From positions 23,492 through 87,491 of the forward strand of contig CAZMSR010000003.1 in the NCBI GenBank assembly GCA_964569045.1: a DNA stretch of 64,000 nt. Reading direction: 5' to 3'. The position numbers were made by a program, and so were the translations under genes. Below, in pieces: positions 18,999-29,941 of the stretch. This DNA is from an uncultured Gammaproteobacteria bacterium (lineage in GTDB: Bacteria > Patescibacteriota > Patescibacteriia > Patescibacteriales > BS150m-G62). Under the pieces are notes generated by a model. That model was not told where the DNA came from, made no database searches, and worked only from the letters and a program-made list of their open reading frames with translations. Within the stretch, counting starts at the first letter, position 1, and the number at the start of each line of letters is the position of its first letter.

Positions 18999-19700
18999 AT
19001 GTCAATTATTTTAAATAATAAAATATCAATTATAATACCAGTATATAATCAGGCTAATAAAATAGGGGAGTGTCTTAAGAGTATTCTTGGTCAAACATAT
19101 ATTGATTACGAAGTGATTATTGTTAATGATGGTTCAGAAGATGAATTAGATTTAGAGATTAATAAGTATAGTGCAAGATTTAAAAAGTTTAAATACATTA
19201 CTCAAAATAATAAAGGTGCAAATGTTGCTCGTAATCGTGGTTTTAGAGATTCTAGTGGTGATTATTTATTGTTTTGTGATGCAGATATTGTGCTTGAAAG
19301 TGAAATGCTTGACGTAATGATAAAAAAAATAAAAGAAAATAAAGTAAATTATGTATATTCTTCATTTTATTGGGGGAGGAAGCTTTTTCGATTATTCGAA
19401 TTTAACAAGGAAAGACTTAAAGTAATGCCATATATTCACACTACTTCGCTTATTCGAAGAAAAGATTTTCCTGGATTTGATATAGAGATAAAACGGTTGC
19501 AAGATTGGGATTTATGGCTTACTATGCTTGCGAATAATAAAATTGGTATGTGGATTAATAAGCCTTTGTTTAAAGTTAAAATCGGAGGTTCTATGAGTAA
19601 TTGGCTTCCTAAAATTGCTTATAAAATGTTGCCTTTTTTGCCATTAGTTAAGAAATATAATGAATCAATAAGGATAATTAAAGAAAAGCATAAGTTATAA
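18999..19700 (+). CDS. glycosyltransferase family 2
   Basis: IIIPVYNQ...VIIVNDGSED, plus a DAD motif. Confidence 0.85.
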   Translation: MSIILNNKISIIIPVYNQANKIGECLKSILGQTYIDYEVIIVNDGSEDELDLEINKYSARFKKFKYITQNNKGANVARNRGFRDSSGDYLLFCDADIVLESEMLDVMIKKIKENKVNYVYSSFYWGRKLFRLFEFNKERLKVMPYIHTTSLIRRKDFPGFDIEIKRLQDWDLWLTMLANNKIGMWINKPLFKVKIGGSMSNWLPKIAYKMLPFLPLVKKYNESIRIIKEKHKL

Positions 19701-19732
19701 ATTTAGTATAAAATAATTAAATTAAGGTAATA

Positions 19733-21253
19733 ATGTTTAAATTAGTTAATATAATTAACAAAAAGGTGGTTGCAGTACTTGTGGCTATTTGTGCATTAGA
19801 ATTATTGTCTTTTTTGGTATTTATTGGTGGGAATTTTGGAGGTGTTACTTTTTTTTGTTTAAATTTGGTTTTTTTTGTAATTTGTTTATGGCGATTTGAA
19901 ATAGCTTTTTGGGTTTTAATGGTTGAGCTTGTGATTGGATCAAAAGGATATTTATTTTATTTTGAAGGCGATGGTTTGATTTTTCCAATAAGAATTTCTT
20001 TTTGGTTGATTTTAATGAGTGTTTGGATGGGAAAAATTTTGATAATTTTTAAAAATAATAAAAAAGAAGTTGTAAGTCAAGTCCCTTTTTTTAAATCTAT
20101 CTATTTTAATTATTATATAGCTCTTGGGGTTTTTGTGTTAATAGGTTTGTTTAATGGTTATTTAAATAAAAATGAGTTAAATAATGTTTTTTTTGATTTT
20201 AATGCTTGGTTGTATTTTCTTTTGATTTTTCCTGCTTCTTATGTGTTGCGTAATAAAAAAATGATTTATGATTTTAAAGACGTGTTTATTGGTGCAGTAA
20301 CTTGGCTCTTGGTTAAAACATTTTTAGTATTATATTTATTTTCACATAATTTTTCTTTCTTACCTGCTGTGTATAAGTGGATTCGAATTACCGGCGTTGG
20401 AGAGATAACTAGGGTGCAAGATGGTTTTTATAGGATTTTTTTTCAATCTCATGTATTTATTTTAATAGCTTTTTTTCTGGTTTTTTCGTTTATTGTTAAA
20501 AATGGATTTTTTTTAAAAAAAATAAAAAGTAAAAGAAGTATATTTTTTTTATTTGTGCTGAGTGGCCTGTTATCGATTGTAATTATTACTATGTCTAGAA
20601 GTTTTTGGGTTAGTATTGTGGCTGGATTATTTGCTATGTTTTTTTTGCAAATATTTGTTTTAAAGTTAGAATTTAGAAAGATAGTTTTTAGTCAAATTTA
20701 TTTATTAATTTCATTTATTATTGGTTTATTTTTTATTATATTGATTGTGAAGTTTCCTTTACCTAAATCGGTGGGGGATTATAGTACTACTAATTTGCTT
20801 GCTGAACGTGCCAAACTTGTAAAAAATGAGGCAGCAATATCTTCGCGTTGGTCATTATTGCCAGTGTTATGGCAGGAAATTAAAGTTGCGCCGTTTATTG
20901 GGAATGGTTTTGGTTCAACAGTTACTTATTTAAGTAGTGATCCAAGAGTACTAGAGACCTCAGTTAATGGTAAGTATACAACTTACGCTTTTGAATGGGC
21001 TTGGCTTGATATATGGCTCAAAATTGGTTTGCTTGGATTATTGTCTTATTTGGTTTTAGTTAGTAAGCTTTTGAAGGATGGGTTGAGGCGTGTCAAGAAC
21101 TGTGATAATTCTTTTTTGTTTTTAGGTTTAGGTTTGAGTTTATTTAGTGTTATTGTAGTTAATGTTTTTACTCCTTACTTAAATCATCCTTTGGGTATTG
21201 GGTTTTTGATTGTAATGATAGTATTGTTAGGTGATTCTGTATTGAAAAAATAA
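19733..21253 (+). CDS. polytopic membrane protein, O-antigen polymerase/ligase (Wzy)-like
   Basis: About 11-12 predicted TM helices across 506 aa. Located in a glycosyltransferase cluster. Confidence 0.55.
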   Translation: MFKLVNIINKKVVAVLVAICALELLSFLVFIGGNFGGVTFFCLNLVFFVICLWRFEIAFWVLMVELVIGSKGYLFYFEGDGLIFPIRISFWLILMSVWMGKILIIFKNNKKEVVSQVPFFKSIYFNYYIALGVFVLIGLFNGYLNKNELNNVFFDFNAWLYFLLIFPASYVLRNKKMIYDFKDVFIGAVTWLLVKTFLVLYLFSHNFSFLPAVYKWIRITGVGEITRVQDGFYRIFFQSHVFILIAFFLVFSFIVKNGFFLKKIKSKRSIFFLFVLSGLLSIVIITMSRSFWVSIVAGLFAMFFLQIFVLKLEFRKIVFSQIYLLISFIIGLFFIILIVKFPLPKSVGDYSTTNLLAERAKLVKNEAAISSRWSLLPVLWQEIKVAPFIGNGFGSTVTYLSSDPRVLETSVNGKYTTYAFEWAWLDIWLKIGLLGLLSYLVLVSKLLKDGLRRVKNCDNSFLFLGLGLSLFSVIVVNVFTPYLNHPLGIGFLIVMIVLLGDSVLKK

Positions 21254-21372
21254 AGCAGTTGTATAAATTTGATAATTGTTAATGTGAGTGATATTGTTAA
21301 TAGTTATTAAGATAATGAATATTTATTTTTTTGAAATAATTTAATTAGCTATATTTATACTAATGGGTTAGT

Positions 21373-21395
21373 AATGCTGTTAGCATTTTATTTAG
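21373..21395 (+). terminator. possible terminator hairpin
   Basis: AATGCT-GTT-AGCATT followed by a T-rich run, about 120 bp after the Wzy-like gene. Confidence 0.3.
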
Positions 21396-21531
21396 CTAAA
21401 AAATTTAAATATACTGCATATTTGTTTAGAAATGTATTGTGTAAATAGATATGCTGGATTAAGTTGATTTATTTATTATTTGTTCGTTGGTAAGTTTTGT
21501 TTAACATTCTTTCGGTTTAAGGAGAGTAGTT

Positions 21532-22569
21532 ATGAAAAGGATTAGAGATGAATTAGATGGTACTGTTACTTTTTTAAAAAAGGGTCAGTATGGTCTTGAG
21601 CAAAATTTAGTTTTTTTTTGGTGGATCTTTGATAATACAATAGGAGATGTTTTTGCAAGAATACGCGAAGAAAAGTCACTTTTTGTAATGTTGAATAGTT
21701 TGAGTAGTGATGAAAGAGATAGATGGTTTCAAGATTTAGTATGGAGAAAGAAAAAAATAGCCAAACTAAGAACTAATTTTGGTAGAGGCTTGCCAGAGTT
21801 ATTCCAAATTGAATCAGTTTTTCTTAACAGAAGTAACCCATTAATGATGGAGTTTTGTAAAAAAGTGGGCAATGCTGAAGCTCTTGATATAGTGTACAAC
21901 GCTCTATTGAGTTTTTTTCTTAATGAAAAAGTATTTACTCCAGAGCATTCAATGCCAAAGTTTTTAGATAGATTTCATTTTAGTTGTCCAAATGGTCAAT
22001 CAGTTCGAAATAGATATAGGATAGTAAAGGAAATATATAAAACTTGGATTCCAAGGTGTACTTTGTCAATTGCATGCGGTTCAGCTCAAGCATTAATTCA
22101 TGGTTTAGCTGAATTTTTTTCTGAAGATGAACGTGAAGATATGGTGCTATGTTTGAGCGATGAGAGTGAAAATGCAATAAATATTGCTAGAAAAAAGGCT
22201 AATTTTTTAGGGGTATCAAGTAAAGTAGAGTTTATTAAAAGTGCTCATGGGCATTTGTTTAATTTTGTTGGATCAAGGAAGTTTAATTGTGTTGAGGCTT
22301 GCGGAATTTTAGATTATTTACCAGACAGATATGCAATTCAATTAATAAGATTTGCTTTTAGTATTTTGGAAAGTAATGGTATATTAATACTTTCTAATAT
22401 GAGTGAAACAAGGGGCGCAGTGTGGTTAAGGAAAGTATATAATTGGGAAATAATTTATCGTACTTATGATGAGTTTATTGCTCTTATAGAAAAGGCCGGT
22501 GGTAAAAAAATTACGGTTTTTATAGAGCCGTGGGGTATTCATCCAGTAGCATTAGTTCGAAATGCTTAA
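21532..22569 (+). CDS. class I SAM-dependent methyltransferase-like protein
   Basis: Motif I-like LSIACGSAQAL and motif II-like MVLCLSDE. AGGAG precedes the ATG. Confidence 0.55.
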   Translation: MKRIRDELDGTVTFLKKGQYGLEQNLVFFWWIFDNTIGDVFARIREEKSLFVMLNSLSSDERDRWFQDLVWRKKKIAKLRTNFGRGLPELFQIESVFLNRSNPLMMEFCKKVGNAEALDIVYNALLSFFLNEKVFTPEHSMPKFLDRFHFSCPNGQSVRNRYRIVKEIYKTWIPRCTLSIACGSAQALIHGLAEFFSEDEREDMVLCLSDESENAINIARKKANFLGVSSKVEFIKSAHGHLFNFVGSRKFNCVEACGILDYLPDRYAIQLIRFAFSILESNGILILSNMSETRGAVWLRKVYNWEIIYRTYDEFIALIEKAGGKKITVFIEPWGIHPVALVRNA

Positions 22570-22638
22570 GAATTTGGGCTGTAAAGATATTTTTTGCAGT
22601 CTTTTTTTATTTGCTTAAAAAAATGATATAATAAATAT

Positions 22639-24810
22639 ATGACATATTATTCGATTTCAGCTTTAATTAATGCTTTAGTTAGTATATTGCTTGGGGCTTT
22701 TGTGTTGCATAGGAATTATATAAGAAAAATTAATAGGGCTGTATTTTTTTGGTGTTTTTCTGTATTTTTTTGGAGTTTTGCATATTTTGTGTGGCAGATG
22801 AAAGGTGATAAACAGAGTGCGTTATTATGGGTTAAAATATTAATGCTTGGTGCTGTATGGGTCCCTGTTGCTTATTTTAGGGTTGTGACTGTTTTTTTGG
22901 AAAAAGAGAAAGAAAAAAAGAATTTAACATTGTTTGTTAGTGCGCTTGCAGTAATTTTTAGCTTGTTGCTTTTAACACCATTAATGGTGTTAAAAGTAGA
23001 GCCTGTCAGTGGTTTTTCTTTTTGGCCAAAGCCTGGGATAGCTTATCATTTTTTTCTTTTTTATTTTGTTTGCTTGAGTTTATATAGTGTTTATTTGGCT
23101 GTTAAAGCACTTAAATCTAGACTGTCACCATTAAAAAAATTGCAGATTCGTTATATGATTCTTGGTATTGCAATTAGTATTATTGCCGGGTCAACAAATT
23201 ATTTTTTATGGTATGATATACCAATTAAGCCTTATGGAAATATTTTTGTTTCAACATATGTTCTTTTTACCTCGTATGCGATTATTCGTTATAGATTGCT
23301 AGGTATTAGAGTTATAGCTTCTAGAATTTATGTTTATGTGATGATTGGACTTGTGTCATATTGTTCTTTTTATTTTATTGTTTTTATTGATGAATATTTT
23401 TTTGGTGGAGCTTTTACGGCAAGAGCTATGAGTGTTGGGATTATTTTTGCATTAATCTATGGCTTGCTCTTTTTGGCGCTTTTGAATAAGATTCAAGAAT
23501 CTAGTGATATTTTATTTTTTCGTGGTCAAAACCCAAGAAAAATTTTTAAAGACCTGGGGTTAAGACTAAATAGTGTTGTGGATATTAAACAAATATTAAG
23601 GATTTTATCATTTGAGTTTAGGCGAATTTTGGCAGTAGATGATGTCAGTGTCGTGCTTATAGAAGAGAGAAAAAGCAATTATGCAAATAGTAAGGTGAGA
23701 ATTAAGTGTACGCCGATTTTTGGTAAATTAATAAAATTAAAAAAGGAAAGATACGCTTGTGTTTTTAAAAATATTATTAAAATAAAATCAGTATTTTTAA
23801 AAGAAGAGTTGGTGGAAAGTCGTGAAAGTAAAGATTTGGTGATAGCAAAGGAACTTGAAAAATATAAGTTTGAGGTTGTTGCTCCTCTTGTTGTACAATC
23901 AAAAGTGATTGGTTTAATACTGCTTGGGAAAAAAATATCTGATCAAGCTTATACAAAGGATGATATAGAGTTTCTGGAAGTAATTAGTTCGCAGGTTGCT
24001 GCATCAATATCTAACGCAATGCTTTATGAGAAAATTGAGAAGTTTAACAAGGATTTGCAGAAAAAAATTGAGTCTCAAACTAGAGATATTAAGAATAAAC
24101 AAGAAAGATTGCATACTTTATTAAATATGCGTTCTGAATTTTTAGATATTACTTCTCATCAATTGCGTACCCCTGTATCTGTTATTAAAGGAGTTTTAAG
24201 TATGCTTGAAGAAGGTTCTGTTCCAAAATCGAGGATTAAAGAGTTTATGAGTATGGCTTTTAATAAGTCCTTGAAGTTAGAACAAATTGTGGATGAGATA
24301 TTGCGCGCCTCTGAAATGGATTCAGAGAGATTTGAGCTTAACTTATCTCCGGTTGATATTTTGCCACTAATTCAAGAAATTTATTCAGAAAAATTGTCTA
24401 TTGCTAAAAGGAATGGTGTTGAGTTGATTCTTGAATTACCAAAAGTTGAATCATTAAAAGTTATGAGTGATTTGAAATATATAAAGCATGTGATTATTAA
24501 TCTAGTTAATAATGCTCTTCAGTATACGCCAAAAGGTAGTATTAAAATTCGAGTTAAAAGTTTAGGTGGGCGTGCAATGGTTGAAATTGAAGATACTGGA
24601 ATAGGAATTCCTAAAAAAGATATTAAAAAATTATACAAAAAATTTTCAAGAGTTAATAATGCTAAAGAAATATTTACAGATGGCTCAGGTCTTGGTCTCT
24701 ATATTATTAAAAAAATTATTGACGCACACAAAGGAGCTAAGGTTAAAATTAAAAAAACAGAGGTTAATAATGGCACAACAATGGTAGTGAGCTTGCCTAT
24801 AATTAAATAA
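22639..24810 (+). CDS. sensor histidine kinase (multi-TM sensor, GAF-like region, HisKA, HATPase_c)
   Basis: About 7 N-terminal TM helices; H-box ITSHQLRTPVSVIKG; N/G boxes NNALQYTP, DTGIGIP and GSGLGLYIIKKII. Confidence 0.85.
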   Translation: MTYYSISALINALVSILLGAFVLHRNYIRKINRAVFFWCFSVFFWSFAYFVWQMKGDKQSALLWVKILMLGAVWVPVAYFRVVTVFLEKEKEKKNLTLFVSALAVIFSLLLLTPLMVLKVEPVSGFSFWPKPGIAYHFFLFYFVCLSLYSVYLAVKALKSRLSPLKKLQIRYMILGIAISIIAGSTNYFLWYDIPIKPYGNIFVSTYVLFTSYAIIRYRLLGIRVIASRIYVYVMIGLVSYCSFYFIVFIDEYFFGGAFTARAMSVGIIFALIYGLLFLALLNKIQESSDILFFRGQNPRKIFKDLGLRLNSVVDIKQILRILSFEFRRILAVDDVSVVLIEERKSNYANSKVRIKCTPIFGKLIKLKKERYACVFKNIIKIKSVFLKEELVESRESKDLVIAKELEKYKFEVVAPLVVQSKVIGLILLGKKISDQAYTKDDIEFLEVISSQVAASISNAMLYEKIEKFNKDLQKKIESQTRDIKNKQERLHTLLNMRSEFLDITSHQLRTPVSVIKGVLSMLEEGSVPKSRIKEFMSMAFNKSLKLEQIVDEILRASEMDSERFELNLSPVDILPLIQEIYSEKLSIAKRNGVELILELPKVESLKVMSDLKYIKHVIINLVNNALQYTPKGSIKIRVKSLGGRAMVEIEDTGIGIPKKDIKKLYKKFSRVNNAKEIFTDGSGLGLYIIKKIIDAHKGAKVKIKKTEVNNGTTMVVSLPIIK

Positions 24811-24968
24811 TTATATTAAAAAATAAAACTAACTTTAGAAAAGAAATTTTTAATAAAGTGAATTTTATTTATAGAATAATTGTTAAAAGAATAAAATAGC
24901 TAGAAAAAGACGAGAATGCATAATTTTTTTATTTATGTTAAATTATAATTAAGGAGGGTAAAAGTAAT

Positions 24969-25346
24969 ATGCCAAGAAAAAAAACACAAATATTAATAGT
25001 AGAGGATGATCCAATGCAGGTTTTGATGTATTCTATTGAGTTTGAGCAATTTAATTATGAGGTTAGTATTGCTAAAAGTGGAAAAGAAGGGTTGCTTGTT
25101 ATTGAGTCATTAAAACCTAAATTGATATTATTAGACTTGCTTTTAAGTGATATGAAAGGAACAGATATTTTGCAGATTTTGCGAGATAATGGTAATATTA
25201 AAGATGTCAACATAGTAATAATGACAAATTTTACAAAAAAAGGTTTAGCTGAAGAATGTTTAGAGTTGGGGGCGCGAGATTTTTTATTAAAAAGTGAATA
25301 TACTCCAAGAGAGCTTGTGAAAAAAGTTACTAAAGAGTATTTATAA
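24969..25346 (+). CDS. single-domain response regulator (CheY-like receiver)
   Basis: ILIVEDDP...LDLLLSDMKGTDIL receiver motifs. No output domain. Confidence 0.85.
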   Translation: MPRKKTQILIVEDDPMQVLMYSIEFEQFNYEVSIAKSGKEGLLVIESLKPKLILLDLLLSDMKGTDILQILRDNGNIKDVNIVIMTNFTKKGLAEECLELGARDFLLKSEYTPRELVKKVTKEYL

Positions 25347-25347
25347 G

Positions 25348-26145
25348 GTGTCAATGCTAGATCAAATACAGAAGAAAGATAAAAAAATATACTCAAAAGG
25401 TAGAAATAAAAAAGCTGTTTTAATATTAAATGGTTTTGTTTCACCTTTATACGAAACTAATTTTATTTTTAATTATTTTAAGAGAAAAGGATTTAGCGTA
25501 GCTAGACCAAAGTTTCATGTAGTATGCAAGAAAGGTGAGCATAAAAACAAATGTAATTCAGATGAATGGCTAGTTGAATCTAAGGCTTGGCTAAAGGAAC
25601 TTCAACGAGAAGCTGATGATATTTATATAATCGGAACTTCTTTTGGATCTAATTTGGGAATTTCTTTGCTTGTTAGTAATAATAAAAAGGTTCGCGGGTT
25701 TGTAGGAATAGAAATTCCTGTTATGTTTAATTGTAAGTTTTGGGTTTTGTCTAGAGTTGTGCAGCCGATATTTAGATTATTTTGTGTAAATAAAGTAAAA
25801 AAAAGCAATATATATTGTAGAGGTAATAAAGTAGCACATGAATTAAAAAGAGGAGATTATTCGTTTGTTTCTGTGCGGTTGGCAGGAATGATAAGAGAAT
25901 ATGTGTCTAAAAGAACTAAGAGTGAATTATTTAAAGTTAAAACTCCTTTTTTAATAATTCAAGCCGTTAAGAGTGATATTTTAAGTAAGAATAACGCAAG
26001 ATATATTTTTAATAATATAAAATCAAAACAAAAAGATGTGTATTATGCACCGGTTGAAAATTATGATTTTAATTTATTAGATGATGAAGGAAAGATAAAG
26101 ATGCTTGAGAAGATTTTTAAATTTATTAAAAATATTAAGAAGTAA
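25348..26145 (+). CDS. alpha/beta-hydrolase-like protein
   Basis: GTSFGS nucleophile-elbow motif (GxSxG). Confidence 0.45.
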   Translation: MSMLDQIQKKDKKIYSKGRNKKAVLILNGFVSPLYETNFIFNYFKRKGFSVARPKFHVVCKKGEHKNKCNSDEWLVESKAWLKELQREADDIYIIGTSFGSNLGISLLVSNNKKVRGFVGIEIPVMFNCKFWVLSRVVQPIFRLFCVNKVKKSNIYCRGNKVAHELKRGDYSFVSVRLAGMIREYVSKRTKSELFKVKTPFLIIQAVKSDILSKNNARYIFNNIKSKQKDVYYAPVENYDFNLLDDEGKIKMLEKIFKFIKNIKK

Positions 26146-26230
26146 TAACAGTTGATATATATAAAAAAATAGAGTATATTAAAAGATATTAATTATTTAA
26201 CATCCTCGAATAAGAGGTTGATGTTTTTTT

Positions 26231-26686
26231 ATGTCAGATCATGTAATAACAAAAGATGCTCTTTTGAAGTTAAAAGAAGAGCTTAAAGTTTTAACCACAA
26301 TAAAAAGGCGAGAAATTGCAGATCGTATACAGCGTGCTAAAGATTTGGGTGATTTAAGTGAGAATGCTGAATATTCAGAAGCAAAGGAAGCTCATGCTTT
26401 TAATGAAGGTAGAATATCAGAAATTCAAGTGTTAATAAAAAATGCAACTGTTGTAGAAGGAGCAACTGGAAATAAGATCGGACTTGGATCTATTGTGCAA
26501 GTACAAGTAAAGAATAAAAAAAAGGAGTATGAAATAGTGAGTTTTAATGAAGCAGATCCAATTAATAATAAAATATCTAATGAATCACCAATTGGGCAAG
26601 CTTTAGTTGGTAAAAAAAGAGGTGACGTAGTAACAGTTAATACCCCAAAAGGAGATTTGGAGTATACAATACTTGAGGTTAAATAA
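26231..26686 (+). CDS. greA: transcription elongation factor GreA
   Basis: N-terminal coiled-coil with DLSENAEY; C-terminal FKBP-like domain. Confidence 0.9.
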   Translation: MSDHVITKDALLKLKEELKVLTTIKRREIADRIQRAKDLGDLSENAEYSEAKEAHAFNEGRISEIQVLIKNATVVEGATGNKIGLGSIVQVQVKNKKKEYEIVSFNEADPINNKISNESPIGQALVGKKRGDVVTVNTPKGDLEYTILEVK

Positions 26687-26702
26687 AGTGTAATTATATT
26701 TT

Positions 26703-28175
26703 ATGAGTGAAGTAAAAAGTGAGCGCGAAGATAGAATAAAAAAACTTGATGAGCTTAAAAAATTAAATATTAATCCATTTCCCGCTAAGGTAAATAGAAC
26801 TCATACTATTAGAAATATTCTTAAGTCTTTTGTTGATTTTGAAAAAACTAAGGAAGATGTGACTATTGCCGGACGTTTAAGGAGTAATAGAGCTCATGGT
26901 AATTTAAGTTTTGCGCAAATTGATGATGGGTCTGGTAAAATTCAAATAGCTATTTCAAAAAAAGAAGTTGGCGTTGAACAATATAAGCAGTTTATTAAAT
27001 TAATAGATACGGCTGATTTTATTGAAGTAAAAGGTGAGTGTTTTGTAACGCATAAAGGTGAAAATAGTATTTTAGTTAAAAAATTGCAAATATTAACAAA
27101 AGCAATTCGTCCATTGCCAGATAAATTTCATGGATTAGTGGATGAGGAAGAAAGGTATAGAAAAAGATATTTAGATATTTTAATTAACCCTGAGGTGCGT
27201 GAAATAATAGAAAAAAAAGCAAAGTTTTGGAATTCTGTTAGAAATTTTTTGACTAATAAAGGTTTTTTGGAAGTGGAAACGCCTGTTTTAGAAACTACAA
27301 CAGGTGGTGCCGATGCTAGGCCATTTATTACTCATCATAATGCATTAGATATAGATGTGTATTTGCGTATTTCAGCTGGAGAACTATGGCAAAAAAAATT
27401 AATGGTGGCTGGATTTGAAAAAACTTTTGAAATAGCTAGAATTTTTAGAAATGAAGGCATGAGTGCTGAACATTTGCAAGATTATACTCAGATGGAGTTT
27501 TCTTGGGCGTATGCTGATTATAAGATGGGCATGGAATTAACCGAGGAACTTTATAAATATATTGCTAAAGAGACTTTTGGCACGCTTAAATTTAAAATAG
27601 GTAAACATAATGTTGATTTAAGTAAGAAGTGGGAGACTTATGATTACATAAGCACTATTAAAAAATTTACTAAAGTAGATGTATCTACCGCTAGTTTGGT
27701 GGATATTGAAAGCAAATTAAAGGAGTTAAGAGTTGGTTATGATAAAAAAGGCTTTAATATAACACGCGCTATTGATAATTTATGGAAGTATTGTCGAAAA
27801 CAAATAAGTGGACCTGGTTTTTTAGTAGGTGTGCCGGTTGAAATTTCACCGCTTGCTAAATTAGATGAAAATAATCCTCGAATTACTCAAAGATTTCAGC
27901 CTATAATAGCTGGGTCAGAATTAGGAAATGGCTATTCAGAGCTTAATGATCCAATTGATCAAGAAAAGAGATTTTGCGAACAAGATAAATTACGTAAAGA
28001 AGGTGATGATGAGGCTCAAATGCATGCTTATGATTTTGTAGAAGCTTTGGAATATGGGATGCCTCCAACATGTGGCTTTGGCATGAGTGAACGCGTATTT
28101 GCGTTTTTAGCAAACAAAACAGTTCGTGAATGCCAAATTTTTCCATTGATGCGACCAAGGCGATATGATGATTAA
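26703..28175 (+). CDS. lysS: lysyl-tRNA synthetase (class II)
   Basis: OB-fold N-terminus and class II motifs (FLEVETPVL, IARIFRNEG, GFGMSER). Confidence 0.95.
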   Translation: MSEVKSEREDRIKKLDELKKLNINPFPAKVNRTHTIRNILKSFVDFEKTKEDVTIAGRLRSNRAHGNLSFAQIDDGSGKIQIAISKKEVGVEQYKQFIKLIDTADFIEVKGECFVTHKGENSILVKKLQILTKAIRPLPDKFHGLVDEEERYRKRYLDILINPEVREIIEKKAKFWNSVRNFLTNKGFLEVETPVLETTTGGADARPFITHHNALDIDVYLRISAGELWQKKLMVAGFEKTFEIARIFRNEGMSAEHLQDYTQMEFSWAYADYKMGMELTEELYKYIAKETFGTLKFKIGKHNVDLSKKWETYDYISTIKKFTKVDVSTASLVDIESKLKELRVGYDKKGFNITRAIDNLWKYCRKQISGPGFLVGVPVEISPLAKLDENNPRITQRFQPIIAGSELGNGYSELNDPIDQEKRFCEQDKLRKEGDDEAQMHAYDFVEALEYGMPPTCGFGMSERVFAFLANKTVRECQIFPLMRPRRYDD

Positions 28176-28207
28176 GAAAATTGATAAATAAAATGAAATA
28201 AGATTAT

Positions 28208-29515
28208 ATGTTGGATATAAAGTTTATCCGCGAAAATGCGGAACTAGTTAAAAAGTCAATAAACGATAAAAATATTAAACTAAATCTTGATGATTTATTA
28301 TTACTTGATAACAAAAGGCGAGGAATATTAGGAGAATTAGATAAGTTAAATTCTCAGAAAAATGAAATAGCAAATAAATCTAAAGGTGGGATACCAACTC
28401 AAGAAGATATTGAAAATGGTAAGAAAATAAAAAATGAGATTAGTGCTTTGAATGAAGAATTAAAAAAAATAGATAATAATTATGTTGAGTTATTATTTCA
28501 AGTTCCGAATATAACATCAAATGATACACCGGTTGGTAAAGATGAGTCTGAAAATAAAATATTGCGAATATGTGGAGATATTCCTAAATTTGATTTTAAG
28601 GCACTTGACCATATGGATCTCGGAGAATTACATGGAATTATCGACACTGAAAAGTCTGCAAAAATATCAGGCTCTCGCTTTAATTATCTCTTTAAAGAAG
28701 CTGTTTTAATACAATTTGCGCTATTGCAATTTTGTTTTGATGTTCTTACAAATAAAAATATAATTAGCAATATTGCAAAAAAAACTAATAATCCTTTTGA
28801 TAAGCCGTTTATTCCTGTTATTACTCCGGTTATTGCAAAAACAGAGATAATGAAAAAAATGGATCGATTTGATCCAATAGAAGATAGATATTATTTGGAA
28901 AAGGATGATTCTTTGCTTATAGGTTCTACTGAGCACACATTAGGTCCTTTGCATATGAATGAAATAATTTCTGAAAAAGATTTACCAATTAGATATGTTG
29001 GTTATTCTTCTGCTTTTAGACGAGAGGCTGGTTCATATGGGAAGGATGTGTCAGGGATATTAAGACGTCATCAATTTGAACAATCAGAGATTGAAACATT
29101 TGTGCAGCCTGAATATGGATTAGTGGAGCAGGAATTTATAGTAGCTGTACAAGAATATCTTATGAGTCAATTAAAATTACCTTATCAATTAGTTTTAAAA
29201 TGCACGGGAGATATGGGTGGTAAAGCAGATTTTAGAGCTATGGATATAGAGTGCTGGATGCCCGGTCAAAATAAGTACCGTGAAACTCATACATCTGATT
29301 ACATGACAGATTTTCAAGCTAGGCGTTTAAATACTCGTTATAGAAAAAGTGACGGCAGTATTGAATTTGTTCATATGAATGATGCAACAGGTTTTGCAAT
29401 GGGGCGTATTTTAATAGCAATTATTGAAAATTATCAACAAGCTGATGGTTCTATTCTGATTCCGGAAGTGCTACATAAATACATGTCTGAAGCTAAAATT
29501 GAAGTTAAGAAATAA
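28208..29515 (+). CDS. serS: seryl-tRNA synthetase
   Basis: N-terminal coiled-coil arm and class II core (FRREAGS...RRHQFE). Confidence 0.95.
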   Translation: MLDIKFIRENAELVKKSINDKNIKLNLDDLLLLDNKRRGILGELDKLNSQKNEIANKSKGGIPTQEDIENGKKIKNEISALNEELKKIDNNYVELLFQVPNITSNDTPVGKDESENKILRICGDIPKFDFKALDHMDLGELHGIIDTEKSAKISGSRFNYLFKEAVLIQFALLQFCFDVLTNKNIISNIAKKTNNPFDKPFIPVITPVIAKTEIMKKMDRFDPIEDRYYLEKDDSLLIGSTEHTLGPLHMNEIISEKDLPIRYVGYSSAFRREAGSYGKDVSGILRRHQFEQSEIETFVQPEYGLVEQEFIVAVQEYLMSQLKLPYQLVLKCTGDMGGKADFRAMDIECWMPGQNKYRETHTSDYMTDFQARRLNTRYRKSDGSIEFVHMNDATGFAMGRILIAIIENYQQADGSILIPEVLHKYMSEAKIEVKK

Positions 29516-29517
29516 TT

Positions 29518-29751
29518 ATGGAGCAAATAACATTAAATTCAACATTAATAACTGTAATTATTGCTATTTCTGTTTGGAGTATCCCGTGGAAAGGTTTGGC
29601 TTTATGGAGAGCTGCTAGACTAGAGAGAAAATGGTGGTTTATAACGCTTTTAATAATAAATACTGCAGGAATTTTAGATATAATATATTATTTTGTAATT
29701 AGTAAAAAATGTAAAAACAAGGATGGTGAAAATAAAAATGTGCAAGAATGA
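29518..29751 (+). CDS. hypothetical small membrane protein
   Basis: 77 aa with two hydrophobic helices. Immediately follows serS. Confidence 0.4.
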   Translation: MEQITLNSTLITVIIAISVWSIPWKGLALWRAARLERKWWFITLLIINTAGILDIIYYFVISKKCKNKDGENKNVQE

Positions 29752-29938
29752 TAATAGACAGGGTGTTTATTTAATAACTCGTGAATTTTTTTATACATTA
29801 ACAATGGCGTTAGTGTGTTTTTTTATAATGGAGTTAATTTGGCCTAGAATTGTTTTATCATATATTAATATTAATATAGTATTGATTTTTTGGGTTATTA
29901 ATGCTAGTGTTATGTTTATTGTAAATGATAAATTTTGA
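29723..29938 (+). CDS. hypothetical small membrane protein
   Basis: 71 aa with hydrophobic helices. Precedes the SPFH gene and could be an NfeD-like partner. Confidence 0.3.
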   Translation: MVKIKMCKNDNRQGVYLITREFFYTLTMALVCFFIMELIWPRIVLSYININIVLIFWVINASVMFIVNDKF

Positions 29939-29941
29939 TTT